Origin: Candidatus Omnitrophota bacterium
Lineage (GTDB): Bacteria; Omnitrophota; Gorgyraeia; Zapsychrales; Fredricksoniimonadaceae
Direction: 5' to 3'
Assembly (NCBI GenBank): GCA_028865345.1
Contig: JAGWKL010000008.1
Span: 9,291 to 73,290 of the forward strand
Length of the DNA: 64,000 bases
The notes below the pieces were generated by a model. It saw nothing but the letters and a program-made list of their open reading frames with translations. It had not been told where the DNA came from and made no database searches. This document shows positions 37,653-47,818 of this stretch, one piece after another (the stretch's first letter is position 1; each line of letters begins with the position of its first letter). A program made the translations under genes and the position numbers.

Positions 37653-39090
37653 CCAGATCAATAAAGACAATACCATACTCATTTCTCCGGTCACCCGCAT
37701 TGAAGGCCATGCCAAGATCACGATTGATTTGGGCCCCGATGGATCAGTCAAGGACGCCCGGTTTCACGTCAACGAGTTCCGCGGGTTCGAGAAATTCTGC
37801 GAAGGCCGCTATTTTACCGAAATGCCGACCATAACCCCGCGCATCTGCGGGATCTGCCCGGTCAGCCATTCGGTGTCAAGCGCCAAGGCCTGCGAGGCGA
37901 TCATGGGCATCAAACCCACCTATACCGGCGATTTGCTGCGCCGCCTCATTCATCTGGGCCAGGTGATATCTTCGCACGCGCTTTCGTTTTTCCACTTGTC
38001 TTCGCCGGATTTCATTTTAGGCTGGGACAGCGACCCTGCCGTGCGCAATATCGTGGGCCTGGCCCAACAGTCTCCGGATTTGGCGCTTCGGGGCATCCGC
38101 TTGCGCAAATTCGGCCAGGAGATCAGCGAACGCATCACCGGCAAGAAGATCCATATCATGGGCATTGTCCCCGGCGGAGTGGGCGCTCCTTTAAGCGAAG
38201 AAAACAGGAAAGCCCTGCTTGGCTGGATAGCAGAAGCGACCCAAACGACCCTGATGGGCATTGACCTTATCAAGAAATACCATGACCAGAACAAGGACAT
38301 GGTCAACAGTTTTGCCAATTTTCCGACCCTTTATTTAGGGACGGTCGGGCCCCAGGGCGAATGGGAGGTATACGACGGGAAATTACGGTTTATGGATGCC
38401 GACGGGAAAATTCTCGAAGACCAGATAGATCCTAAAAATTACCTTGATTACATCGCCGAGCGCGCCATTGACTGGTCTTATTTGAAATATCCCTATTATA
38501 AGCCTTATGGATTTGAAAAAGGGTTTTACAGGGTAGGCCCGCTGGCGCGCCTCAATGTGTCTTCCAAAATGAAAACGCCCAAGGCCCAAAAAGAATTCCT
38601 GAATTTTAAATCCATAGGCGCGGGCAAGCCGGTGCACGGCACTTTCTATTTCCATTACACGCGCCTGATCGAATGCTTAAGCGCCGTTGAAGAGGCCGAA
38701 CGCATCCTGAAAGACCCCAAGATCACCTCGGGCGATACCCAGACCGCGGGCAAACACAATTACAACGAAGGCATCGGTTCTTCCGAAGCGCCGCGCGGGA
38801 CTTTGTTCCATCATTATAAGACCGATGACAGCGGCAGGTTGACGAACGTCAATCTTTTGATCGCCACGGGCCAGAATAATCCGGCGATGAACCGTTCCGT
38901 TTTGGAGGTGGCCAAACAATACGTGCATGGCAAAAATGTCAAGGAAGGAGCGCTCAACAGGGTCGAAGCCGCCATCCGTTGTTACGACCCCTGCCTTTCA
39001 TGCTCCACGCATGCCATAGGGTCTATGCCGATGCTTATCGAGATCAAAGATCATTTGGGCCGCACTGTTCATGTCCTTAAAAGGGGATAG
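37645..39090 (+). CDS. hoxH: [NiFe] hydrogenase large subunit HoxH (group 3d).
   Basis: N-terminal [10 protein letters not shown] and C-terminal DPCLSCSTH Ni-Fe ligand motifs. A roughly 24-aa C-terminal extension follows for protease processing. Confidence 0.95.
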   Translation: MDSQINKDNTILISPVTRIEGHAKITIDLGPDGSVKDARFHVNEFRGFEKFCEGRYFTEMPTITPRICGICPVSHSVSSAKACEAIMGIKPTYTGDLLRRLIHLGQVISSHALSFFHLSSPDFILGWDSDPAVRNIVGLAQQSPDLALRGIRLRKFGQEISERITGKKIHIMGIVPGGVGAPLSEENRKALLGWIAEATQTTLMGIDLIKKYHDQNKDMVNSFANFPTLYLGTVGPQGEWEVYDGKLRFMDADGKILEDQIDPKNYLDYIAERAIDWSYLKYPYYKPYGFEKGFYRVGPLARLNVSSKMKTPKAQKEFLNFKSIGAGKPVHGTFYFHYTRLIECLSAVEEAERILKDPKITSGDTQTAGKHNYNEGIGSSEAPRGTLFHHYKTDDSGRLTNVNLLIATGQNNPAMNRSVLEVAKQYVHGKNVKEGALNRVEAAIRCYDPCLSCSTHAIGSMPMLIEIKDHLGRTVHVLKRG

Positions 39091-39544
39091 ACCCGCCAAT
39101 ATCCTGGTCGTCGGCATAGGCAATCCTTTGCGTTGCGACGACGGCGTAGGGCCATACATAGCCGGGTGTATTGAAACCAGGGGTTTAAGCGGCGTCCATG
39201 TCCGGACCGTCCAGCAATTGCTTCTGGAAGATCTTGAAGAAATGCTTCAGTACGATCAGGTCATCCTGGCCGACGCCTCCGTCTCAGGGCCGCCCGTGGA
39301 TTTCCGTCCGGTCGAGAAGTTTTCAGGGCAACTCCTTTCATCGTCGCACCATCTGTCAGCGGAATTGTTTGTCAATCTGGCCGCCGGTGTTTATCATAAA
39401 GACTTGAAGTTGCATCTCTGCTGTGTCAAAGGCCTTTCGTTTGAGGTGGGGGATAAGATATCGGACTTTGTCCTTCAGCGGGCCGGCGAGGCGGTTGATT
39501 TGATCGCAGGGTTTATCAACAATATGACAAAGGGTAAGGTTTAA
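39071..39544 (+). CDS. hoxW: Hydrogenase maturation endopeptidase (HoxW/HycI family).
   Basis: ILVVGIGNPLRCDDGVGPYIA. 157 aa. Confidence 0.85.
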   Translation: MSLKGDRPANILVVGIGNPLRCDDGVGPYIAGCIETRGLSGVHVRTVQQLLLEDLEEMLQYDQVILADASVSGPPVDFRPVEKFSGQLLSSSHHLSAELFVNLAAGVYHKDLKLHLCCVKGLSFEVGDKISDFVLQRAGEAVDLIAGFINNMTKGKV

Positions 39545-39546
39545 GA

Positions 39547-39894
39547 ATGCACGAGGGACATTTCACGGAAAATATCGTCAAGGCCATCATCGGAGAACTT
39601 AAAAAATACCCGGGCCGGGGGGTTGAGTCCGTCACCGTAAAGGTGGGCGAGACCTATCACCTGCTGCCGGATTCGGTATTGATGCATTATGATCTGTTGG
39701 CCAAAGGGACTGAATTGGAAGGGGTCAGGCTCGAGCTTTTGGAAGAGCCCATGTTGGTCGCCTGCAGCCAATGCGGCCGGCAGGGGCCTGTGGAAGACCA
39801 TCATCTTCCTTTGTGCTCTTTTTGCCATTCCCGTTTGGTCAAACCTGTGTCCGGAGAAAAAGTCACCATCGAACAGATTAAATTCAAGCCATGA
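39547..39894 (+). CDS. hypA: Hydrogenase nickel-insertion protein HypA.
   Basis: MHEGHF N-terminal Ni site. Zn site CSQCG...CSFCHS. Confidence 0.9.
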   Translation: MHEGHFTENIVKAIIGELKKYPGRGVESVTVKVGETYHLLPDSVLMHYDLLAKGTELEGVRLELLEEPMLVACSQCGRQGPVEDHHLPLCSFCHSRLVKPVSGEKVTIEQIKFKP

Positions 39895-42170
39895 AGAAAT
39901 CAATGTCTCTTGAAGTGCGCGGCACTGTCCAGGGAGTGGGCTTTAGGCCCTGGATCTGGCGTCTGGCCAATCAATACCATCTTAAGGGGTTTGTCCGCAA
40001 CACCTCCCAAGGGGCCTTTATAGAAATTGAAGGCGCCAAAGAGGAGGTGGAAACGTTCATCCATAAAATCCGCAGCGAACCGCCGGAGAATTGCGTCATT
40101 ACCCAATGCCTTCAAAGCGATGTTTTGCCTAAAGGTTTTAGGCAATTCCAAATCCTGGCAAGCGAGGACAATAAAGCCCGCGAAGCCCTGGTCCTTCCGG
40201 ACATCGCCAGCTGCCCTGAGTGCATCAAAGAAATTTTTGACCGTCATGACCGGCGGTTTTTATACCCCTTTACCAATTGCACGCACTGCGGTCCGCGCTA
40301 CTCCATCATCGAGGCATTGCCCTATGACCGTAAAAACACCTCCATGAAGAAATTCACCATGTGTGATGACTGCCGCAAGGAGTATGAAGACCCTTTAAAC
40401 CGGCGATTTCATGCCCAGCCGAATGCCTGTCCGGTGTGCGGCCCCAAAATCGCCCTGTGGGACCAGAAGGGGGATGCGCTCACAACTCCCTTGGAAAGCC
40501 TGCCTGCGGCCGTTGATTTGATCAAACGGGGGGCGATCCTCGCTGTCAAGGCGATCGGCGGATTTTATTTGATGGCCGATGCCGCCAACGATGATGTCCT
40601 GGCCCAATTGCGCGAAAGAAAAGCCAGGCCCCATAAGCCCCTGGCCTTAATGATGCCTGATCTTGCAATGGTGTCCAGGTATTGCCATCTGGGCTCCTTG
40701 GAAGAAAAACTCATCGCATCTCCCCAGGCGCCTATTGTCCTGTTGCGCCGAAAGCAGGATGGTTTGAAGGTCTCGGATCAAGTGGCCCCCCAAAACCCTT
40801 ATTTAGGCTGCATGCTGCCGTCGATGCCCCTGACGCATGTCCTTTTGAGGATGTTGGACAGGCCTCTGGTCGCCACCAGCGGCAATTTAAGCGAAGAACC
40901 CATCTGCACTGATAATGAAGAGGCCCTGCGCCGTCTCAAAGGCATTGCGGATTTTTTCCTGGTCCATGACCGTCCCATTGTCCGCCATGTGGATGATTCT
41001 CTGGCCCAGATTGTTTGCAATGAACCCATGTTGTTGCGCCGCTCCCGCGGTTATGCGCCCCTGCCCGTTGATATCGGTAAAAATTGCGATGGCCTTTTGG
41101 CGGTTGGCGCCCATCAAAAAAATACCGTGGCGTTGGGGATCGGTCATAGCGTCGTGATGAGCCAGCATATCGGCGATCTGGACAACAGGGTTTCCTCTGC
41201 GGTGTTCGAACAAAGCATCTTAAGTTTAAAATCCATTTATGATGCCCCGGTCAGGAAGGTGATCTGCGATTTGCATCCCGGCTATTTTTCCGGCCAATGG
41301 GCGCGTTCGCTTAAAAAAGATTTACTGGAGGTCCAGCACCATCACGCCCATGTGGCTTGCGTCATGGCCGAGAGGGGGATAAAGAATAAGGTTTTAGGCA
41401 TCTGCTGGGACGGGACAGGCTATGGCGACGATGCGACCGTCTGGGGCGGGGAATTTCTGCTTACCGACGGCCCTCAATACCAACGTTTCGCGCATTTGAA
41501 CGACTTTCCTTTGCCCGGCGGAGAACTGGCGGTCAAGGAGCCCCGGCGCTCGGCCTTGGGGCTGTTATACGGCCTTTGTAGAGGGAATTGGCAGGAATAT
41601 AAGGACCTGCCTTGTGTCAAAGCATTCAAGGCACAGGAATTATCCGTCATCCGAACGATGATCGAGAAAAAGATCAATACTCCGCAAACTTCGAGCATGG
41701 GCAGGCTTTTCGACGGCATTGCGGCATTGACCGGCTTATGTCTGCAGGCCAGTTTTGAAGGCCAGGCTGCCATGGCCCTGGAATTTCAGGTCAGCGAAGG
41801 GCCTTCAAATCCTTATTCCTATAAGCTGGTTGAAGAAAACGGCGGCCGTTGCATTGACTGGTCTGGTATAATGACAGGCGTCATCGACGATGTTCGCGCA
41901 GGGCGGGAAATATCGTTGATATCAAAGCGTTTCCATCAAACCCTGCTTGAGATCATCGTTGATGTGGCCCGTCGGTCAGGGCAGTCGGACATTGTTTTGA
42001 CCGGCGGCTGTTTTCAGAACAGATGGCTTCTTGAACATGCGGTCGAACGCCTGAAGCGGGAAAAGTTTAACCCTCATTGGCAGGCCGGGGTGCCTGTTAA
42101 CGACGGAGGGATTTCATTGGGACAAATTTTTGTAGCTGCCAGTCTGCCTGCAGACGGCCGGAGAGAATAG
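39891..42170 (+). CDS. hypF: Carbamoyltransferase HypF.
   Basis: Acylphosphatase domain, two Zn-finger CxxC pairs (CPECIKE, CTHCGPRYSI, CDDCRKEYEDP, CPVCGPK), YrdC and Kae1-like domains. 759 aa. Confidence 0.95.
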   Translation: MKKSMSLEVRGTVQGVGFRPWIWRLANQYHLKGFVRNTSQGAFIEIEGAKEEVETFIHKIRSEPPENCVITQCLQSDVLPKGFRQFQILASEDNKAREALVLPDIASCPECIKEIFDRHDRRFLYPFTNCTHCGPRYSIIEALPYDRKNTSMKKFTMCDDCRKEYEDPLNRRFHAQPNACPVCGPKIALWDQKGDALTTPLESLPAAVDLIKRGAILAVKAIGGFYLMADAANDDVLAQLRERKARPHKPLALMMPDLAMVSRYCHLGSLEEKLIASPQAPIVLLRRKQDGLKVSDQVAPQNPYLGCMLPSMPLTHVLLRMLDRPLVATSGNLSEEPICTDNEEALRRLKGIADFFLVHDRPIVRHVDDSLAQIVCNEPMLLRRSRGYAPLPVDIGKNCDGLLAVGAHQKNTVALGIGHSVVMSQHIGDLDNRVSSAVFEQSILSLKSIYDAPVRKVICDLHPGYFSGQWARSLKKDLLEVQHHHAHVACVMAERGIKNKVLGICWDGTGYGDDATVWGGEFLLTDGPQYQRFAHLNDFPLPGGELAVKEPRRSALGLLYGLCRGNWQEYKDLPCVKAFKAQELSVIRTMIEKKINTPQTSSMGRLFDGIAALTGLCLQASFEGQAAMALEFQVSEGPSNPYSYKLVEENGGRCIDWSGIMTGVIDDVRAGREISLISKRFHQTLLEIIVDVARRSGQSDIVLTGGCFQNRWLLEHAVERLKREKFNPHWQAGVPVNDGGISLGQIFVAASLPADGRRE

Positions 42171-42173
42171 AAC

Positions 42174-42428
42174 ATGTGTCTGGCTATACCGGGAAAAATT
42201 GAAAGCATCCAGGATGCCGGTGGAAGTGCCCTGAATAAAAAAGGCAAGGTAAACTTCGGCGGCATCCTGAAAGAGGTTTCGCTGGCTTACGTCCCCGAGG
42301 CCAAGATAGGGGACTATGTGATCGTGCATGTGGGTTTTGCGTTAAGTGTAGTTGACCAGCAGGAAGCCTTGAAAGTCTTTGAATATTTAAACAAGATGGA
42401 AGATTTGCAAGAGGAGCTGCGCAATTAA
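42174..42428 (+). CDS. hypC: Hydrogenase assembly chaperone HypC.
   Basis: MCLAIPGKI N-terminus. 84 aa. Confidence 0.9.
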   Translation: MCLAIPGKIESIQDAGGSALNKKGKVNFGGILKEVSLAYVPEAKIGDYVIVHVGFALSVVDQQEALKVFEYLNKMEDLQEELRN

Positions 42429-43529
42429 ATGAAATACTTGGATGAATACCGGGACCCGAAACTGGCAGAGCAACTGTCCCGTCAAATACACAAAATAACC
42501 ACCAGGCCGTGGGTGATCATGGAGGTCTGCGGCGGACAGACCCATGCCATCGTCAAATTCGGCATTGAAACTTTTCTTCCCAAGAAAATTGAACTGGTGC
42601 ACGGGCCGGGCTGTCCGGTGTGCGTAACGCCCCTTGAAATGATCGACCGCGCCCTGGCCGTTGCCGCCCAAAAGAACGTCATCTTTTGTTCCTTCGGCGA
42701 CATGCTGCGCGTGCCTGGTTCCAAAACAGATTTGCTTTCCGTCAAGGCCCGGGGATCGGATGTGCGCATTGTTTATTCTCCTTTGGATGCGGTCAAGATC
42801 GCCGTGGAAAACCCTGATAAAGAGATCGTTTTTTTCGCCGTCGGTTTTGAAACAACGGCGCCGGCCAATGCCATGGCCGTTTACCAGGCCAAACAGCAGG
42901 GGATCAGGAACTTTTCTTTGCTGGTCTCCCATGTCCTGGTCCCGCCGGCCATGGAAGCGATCCTCTCATCCAAGACCAACCGTGTGCAGGGATTTTTGGC
43001 TGCCGGCCATGTGTGCACCGTCATGGGTTACACCGAATATCCGCCGATCGCCGCTAAATACAAAGCGCCGATCGTTGTTACGGGTTTTGAACCTCTGGAC
43101 ATCCTGCAGGGAATTGCCATGTGTGTGCAGCAGCTGGAAGAAGGCCGCCACGAAGTTGAAAACCAGTATGCCCGCTGCGTCAACCAGGAAGGCAACCGCC
43201 ATGCCCAGGAGTTAATTTCAAAGATTTTCTGCGTGATACCGCGCAAATGGCGCGGCATAGGAGAGATCCCTCACAGCGGTCTGGGCCTGAGCCCTGAATT
43301 CAAAGATTACGATGCCGAGATCAAATTCAAAGTCGGGGACCTTAACACCCAGGAAAGCCCGCACTGCATCAGCGGATTGGTATTGCAGGGTGTAAAAAAA
43401 CCCTATGAATGCCCTGCCTTCGGGCTCAAATGCACGCCGGAGCATCCTTTGGGGGCCACCATGGTTTCTTCCGAAGGGGCTTGTGCCGCCTATTACCGCT
43501 ATAAGAGAGAATCGCTATGCATGCGCTGA
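42429..43529 (+). CDS. hypD: Hydrogenase maturation factor HypD.
   Basis: [16 protein letters not shown], and C-terminal [29 protein letters not shown]. Confidence 0.95.
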   Translation: MKYLDEYRDPKLAEQLSRQIHKITTRPWVIMEVCGGQTHAIVKFGIETFLPKKIELVHGPGCPVCVTPLEMIDRALAVAAQKNVIFCSFGDMLRVPGSKTDLLSVKARGSDVRIVYSPLDAVKIAVENPDKEIVFFAVGFETTAPANAMAVYQAKQQGIRNFSLLVSHVLVPPAMEAILSSKTNRVQGFLAAGHVCTVMGYTEYPPIAAKYKAPIVVTGFEPLDILQGIAMCVQQLEEGRHEVENQYARCVNQEGNRHAQELISKIFCVIPRKWRGIGEIPHSGLGLSPEFKDYDAEIKFKVGDLNTQESPHCISGLVLQGVKKPYECPAFGLKCTPEHPLGATMVSSEGACAAYYRYKRESLCMR

Positions 43530-44557
43530 GCTGTCCTTTTCCCATCCGGCAATATCCCCAGGTGCTTTTAGCGCATGGAGGCGGCGGAAAATTGATGCAG
43601 GACTTGATCAATAAGATGTTCACCCATGCTTTCGGCCCCAGGCCGGAATCCGGCCTGCACGATTCAACCGTCCTGGATCTGCCTGTCCATAAAATAGCCT
43701 TTACGACGGATTCCTTTGTCGTCAAACCTTTATTTTTTCCCGGAGGCGACATCGGTACCCTGGCCGTCAACGGCACCGTCAACGATTTAAGCATGTCCGG
43801 CGCCAGGCCTTTGTATTTAAGCCTTAGCTTCATCATCGAAGAGGGCTTGAGCATGGAAAGCCTTTGGATGGTTGTCAGGTCCGTTAAAAAAGCGGCCGAT
43901 GAGGCCGGAGTTAAGATCGTCACCGGCGACACCAAGGTGGTTGACCGCGGCAAGGGGGACGGTCTTTTCATCAACACATCCGGGATAGGGATCATTGAAC
44001 ACGGCCTTTCGATCGTGCCGGCCAATATAAGAGAAGATGATGCCGTCCTGATCAATGGGGACATCGGCCGCCACGGCATTGCCATCATGGCCAAACGCGA
44101 AGGCCTTGATTTTGAGACCACCATTGAAAGCGATTGCTGCGCGTTAAACGGCGTTGTCGAGAGCCTCATCAAGGCGGGCATCAAGGTCCACTGCATGCGC
44201 GACCTGACACGCGGCGGGGTGGCCAGCGCGCTTAATGAAATAGCCAAGGACGCCTACAAGGCCGTTGAAATCGATGAAGCGTCCGTACCCGTCGATGAAC
44301 AAGTGGCTTCGGCCTGCGCCATCATGGGATTTGACCCGTTATACGTCGCCAATGAAGGCCGTTTTATTGCCTTTGTCCCTGAAAGCCAGTCCTCTAATGC
44401 CCTGGAAATCTTGCAAGCCCATCCGTTAGGCCGCGGCGCCTGCCGCATAGGCCGGGTGCTGCCGGAAAACGGCGGCCTGGTCACACTCAAAAGCGTCATC
44501 GGCGCCAGGCGCATCCTGGACATGATCAGCGGCGAACAGCTCCCCAGGATTTGTTGA
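43517..44557 (+). CDS. hypE: Hydrogenase maturation factor HypE.
   Basis: PurM-like fold ([14 protein letters not shown]). The C-terminal region ends PRIC. Confidence 0.95.
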   Translation: MHALSCPFPIRQYPQVLLAHGGGGKLMQDLINKMFTHAFGPRPESGLHDSTVLDLPVHKIAFTTDSFVVKPLFFPGGDIGTLAVNGTVNDLSMSGARPLYLSLSFIIEEGLSMESLWMVVRSVKKAADEAGVKIVTGDTKVVDRGKGDGLFINTSGIGIIEHGLSIVPANIREDDAVLINGDIGRHGIAIMAKREGLDFETTIESDCCALNGVVESLIKAGIKVHCMRDLTRGGVASALNEIAKDAYKAVEIDEASVPVDEQVASACAIMGFDPLYVANEGRFIAFVPESQSSNALEILQAHPLGRGACRIGRVLPENGGLVTLKSVIGARRILDMISGEQLPRIC

Positions 44558-44608
44558 TTCCTTTTGCATTTATTAAAAGTATCTGCCAGTGGTTTATGCC
44601 CTATTATA

Positions 44609-44637
44609 TTGACAATAGGCACACAAGAAGTTATACT
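44609..44637 (+). promoter_or_regulatory. Sigma-70 promoter of the brnTA operon.
   Basis: TTGACA, 17-nt spacer, TATACT. The -10 ends 14 nt before the BrnT ATG, so the transcript is near-leaderless. Confidence 0.55.
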
Positions 44638-44651
44638 TGGCATGGTGTGTT

Positions 44652-44930
44652 ATGAAGCCTTATGATTGGGACGATAAGAAAAGCCGGATTTTAGAAAAAG
44701 AGAGAGGTGTTTGTTTTGAAGATATTGTTATCAAAATAGAGGAAGGGTGTTTATTAGACAATATTGAGCATCCTAATAAGGTAAAATACGCGCACCAAAG
44801 AATGCTTATTGTTAATGTTAATAATTACGCCTACGCAGTCCCTTTTTTTGAGGATGAGAAATTCATCCATTTAATAACGATATTTCCAAGCAGGGAACTG
44901 ACCAAGGTTTATTTAGGGGGCGAACAATGA
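44652..44930 (+). CDS. brnT: BrnT-family (DUF497) ribonuclease toxin.
   Basis: MKPYDWDDKKSRILEKERGVCFEDI... matches the BrnT N-terminal consensus (M.FEWD..K...N..KHGVSFEEA). The track's TTG start at 44637 lies inside the -10 element. Confidence 0.8.
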   Translation: MKPYDWDDKKSRILEKERGVCFEDIVIKIEEGCLLDNIEHPNKVKYAHQRMLIVNVNNYAYAVPFFEDEKFIHLITIFPSRELTKVYLGGEQ

Positions 44931-45199
44931 AAAAACAAATGACTAAAAAAGAGGAAAAAGAGCTTATCGCTTCTGTAGAACGCGGAGAATGGAAGCCTGT
45001 TAAAAACAGAGAAAAAGAGATGCTTCGTCTTAGGGAAGCTGCACGGGAGACTTTGAGGAAGGATGCTCGTATTAATATCAGATTGACCAAACGCGATTTT
45101 TTTAACCTTAAATCAAAAGCTGTAAGGGAAGGGATGCCTTATCAGACGCTTGTTTCGAGTGTTATCCATAAATATTTAACAGGTCAACTGGCTTCTTAA
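44927..45199 (+). CDS. brnA: BrnA antitoxin (CopG/RHH-type, DUF4415-like).
   Basis: 4-nt overlap with brnT. C-terminal RHH region RINIRLTKRDFFNLKSKAVREGMPYQTLVSSVIHKYL. Confidence 0.75.
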   Translation: MKKQMTKKEEKELIASVERGEWKPVKNREKEMLRLREAARETLRKDARINIRLTKRDFFNLKSKAVREGMPYQTLVSSVIHKYLTGQLAS

Positions 45200-45222
45200 A
45201 TAACAACGTCTGTTTGATGTAA

Positions 45223-45275
45223 AAAGGGAACTCTTTTCCTGCCGGAAGGCAGGCGCAAAGAGTTCCCTTTTTTTA
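45223..45275 (+). terminator. Compound rho-independent terminator after brnA.
   Basis: Outer 14-bp stem AAAGGGAACTCTTT/AAAGAGTTCCCTTT enclosing an inner CCTGCC/GGCAGG hairpin, then a T-tract. Confidence 0.8.
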
Positions 45276-45310
45276 TAGCTTTTATTTTACGCTTATGTAA
45301 AATAAAAACC

Positions 45311-45859
45311 ATGCTGGACATAGAAAACACGGCCCTTGCCGTCATCGATGTGCAGGGCAAGCTTTCGGGCCTCATTCACGATCACGAAAAGGTCCAGACA
45401 CATATCCAATATTTTATCGAAGCGGCCAAATCCTTTTCTTTGCCTGTCCTCTGGAGCGAACAGGCGCCGGATAAAATAGGCGCTACCATCAAACCCATCA
45501 AAGATCTCCTGGACCCCGTAGCCCGCCCCATCCCTAAGCGCAGTTTCAGTTGCTATGGAGCTTTGGCCTACGTCGAGCGTCTGCAGGAGATCAGCAGGCG
45601 CCAGATTTTGATCACAGGCATTGAAACGCATGTTTGCGTCTATCAAACCGCCCATGACCTGCATCGCCATGGTTATGAGGTGCATCTGGTGGCTGACGCC
45701 ACATCAAGCCGCAAGGTCTTTGACAGGGACATGGCCCTTGCCCGCATGCGCGATGAAGGGATCATCATCACCACGACGGAAATGGCCATGTGTGAATTGA
45801 TCAGAACCGCTGATCACCCACGGTTTAAAGAGGTTGTCAGCCATCTTAAAAGACGCTAA
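45311..45859 (+). CDS. Isochorismatase-family cysteine hydrolase (nicotinamidase PncA-like).
   Basis: Asp (LAVIDVQ) and Cys (GIETHVCVYQTA) catalytic residues of the isochorismatase/PncA fold. Confidence 0.7.
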   Translation: MLDIENTALAVIDVQGKLSGLIHDHEKVQTHIQYFIEAAKSFSLPVLWSEQAPDKIGATIKPIKDLLDPVARPIPKRSFSCYGALAYVERLQEISRRQILITGIETHVCVYQTAHDLHRHGYEVHLVADATSSRKVFDRDMALARMRDEGIIITTTEMAMCELIRTADHPRFKEVVSHLKRR

Positions 45860-45864
45860 GACCT

Positions 45865-47811
45865 ATGGACCAGTTTAAACCTGAAGTCGATGATCTTTAC
45901 CACGAAACCAGGGTCATCCATCCTTCCGCGTTGTTTCAAAATCTTGCCAACATCAAAGATGCCTCGCTTTACGCCAAAGCCAAGGCCGACCGCACGGCTT
46001 TTTGGGAAGAATGCGCCCGAAAACTCGATTGGTTTTCCCCCTGGAAGCAGGGCCTGGTTTGGGAAAAACCTTTTGCCAAGTGGTTTGTCGGCGGCAAACT
46101 CAATGCTTCCTATAATTGCCTGGACCGCCACATCAAGGCGAATTTAGGCAATAAGACCGCTTTCATCTGGGAAGGGGAGAACGGCGAGGAAAAAACCCTG
46201 ACCTACGCGCAATGTTACCTGGAAGTCAATAAACTGGCCAATGCCATTAAAAGTCTGGGGATCGCCAGGGGCGATCGGGTGGCGATCTATATGCCCATGA
46301 TTCCCGAGGCGGTCTTGTCGATGCTGGCCTGCAGCCGCATAGGGGCGGTCCATACGGTCATTTTCGGCGGTTTCTCTGCCTTGGCCCTGCAGGAACGCAT
46401 CAATGATGCCCAGGCCAAACTGCTCATCACCGCCGATGGAGGTTACCGCCGCGGCAAGCTGGTGCCCCTTAAAACGATCGCCGACACGGCCCTGGCCCAG
46501 ACTCCCAGCATCCACGATGTGATCGTTGTCCGGCGCGCCGACGGAAATGTCCCCATGAAACAAGGGCGGGACCATTGGTACCATGATGTGATGCGTCATG
46601 CCAAAACCTACTGCGAGCCCGAGGAAATGGACAGCGAAGACATCCTGTACATCCTTTATACGTCGGGGACGACCGGAAAGCCCAAAGGCATTGTCCATTC
46701 CACCGGAGGATATTTGACCGGGGTGGCCATCACCACGCATTGGGTCTTTGATTTGAAACCCAATGATGTTTTCTGGTGCACCGCGGACATAGGCTGGGTC
46801 ACCGGCCACAGTTACATCGTCTACGGCCCCATGGCCAATGCCGCCACCCAGGTCCTTTATGAAGGCGCGCCCGACTTTCCCCAACGCGACCGCTTCTGGC
46901 GCATCATCGAAAAACATAAGGTCAGTGTTTTTTATACGGCCCCGACGGCCATCCGTGCTTTTATGAAATGGGGGCCGCAGTGGCCCAAGAAATGCCATTT
47001 AGGCTCGTTGCGCCTTTTAGGGAGTGTGGGGGAGCCCATCAACCCCGAAGCCTGGATCTGGTATCATGAACATATCGGCAATTACCGCTGCCCCATTGTC
47101 GACACCTGGTGGCAGACGGAAACAGGCGCCATTATGATCACCACTCTGCCCGGCGTAACGCCGATGAAACCCGGATCGGCAGGCAAACCTTTACCCGGCA
47201 TTGATGCCGAGATCCTTAATGAAGAGGGGCAGACCATTGCCCAAGGCGGGGGCTTTTTGGGCCTCACCAGTCCCTGGCCGTCGATGCTGCGCGGCATCTG
47301 GGGGGACCAGCAACGCTACAAAGACACTTATTGGCAGCGATGGTCCGGAAAGTATTATTTTGCCGGCGACGGTACCAAACGAGACAAGGACGGGTATTTC
47401 TGGTTTTTGGGCAGGGTGGATGACATTATGCTGGTTGCCGGCCATAATATTTCCACGGCCGAAGTGGAAAGCGCCCTGGTCGATAACCAGATGGTGGCTG
47501 AAGCCGCGGTCGTCGGGGTCAAGGATGAGATCAAAGGACAGGCCATTGCGGCTTTTGTCATCCTCAAGGAAGGCCATCCCCTGGATGACCAAACCCAGGA
47601 GATCCTCAAAGACCATGTCGCCCAAAAAATAGGCGCGATCGCACGGCCTTCCAGGATTATTTTTACCAGCGACGTGCCCAAAACCCGCTCCGGCAAGATC
47701 ATGCGCCGCCTTTTGCGCGACATTGCCGAAGGCAGGGTGCTGGGCGACGTCACCACCCTTGCCGACCCCAACGTTATTGCCGCTTTAAAAGAAAAATACC
47801 AGGAAGCTTAG
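45865..47811 (+). CDS. acs: Acetyl-CoA synthetase (AMP-forming).
   Basis: AMP-binding motif YTSGTTGKPKG. Acs-specific N-terminus. C-terminal SGKIMRR containing the acetylatable lysine. Confidence 0.95.
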   Translation: MDQFKPEVDDLYHETRVIHPSALFQNLANIKDASLYAKAKADRTAFWEECARKLDWFSPWKQGLVWEKPFAKWFVGGKLNASYNCLDRHIKANLGNKTAFIWEGENGEEKTLTYAQCYLEVNKLANAIKSLGIARGDRVAIYMPMIPEAVLSMLACSRIGAVHTVIFGGFSALALQERINDAQAKLLITADGGYRRGKLVPLKTIADTALAQTPSIHDVIVVRRADGNVPMKQGRDHWYHDVMRHAKTYCEPEEMDSEDILYILYTSGTTGKPKGIVHSTGGYLTGVAITTHWVFDLKPNDVFWCTADIGWVTGHSYIVYGPMANAATQVLYEGAPDFPQRDRFWRIIEKHKVSVFYTAPTAIRAFMKWGPQWPKKCHLGSLRLLGSVGEPINPEAWIWYHEHIGNYRCPIVDTWWQTETGAIMITTLPGVTPMKPGSAGKPLPGIDAEILNEEGQTIAQGGGFLGLTSPWPSMLRGIWGDQQRYKDTYWQRWSGKYYFAGDGTKRDKDGYFWFLGRVDDIMLVAGHNISTAEVESALVDNQMVAEAAVVGVKDEIKGQAIAAFVILKEGHPLDDQTQEILKDHVAQKIGAIARPSRIIFTSDVPKTRSGKIMRRLLRDIAEGRVLGDVTTLADPNVIAALKEKYQEA

Positions 47812-47818
47812 CAAAGAT

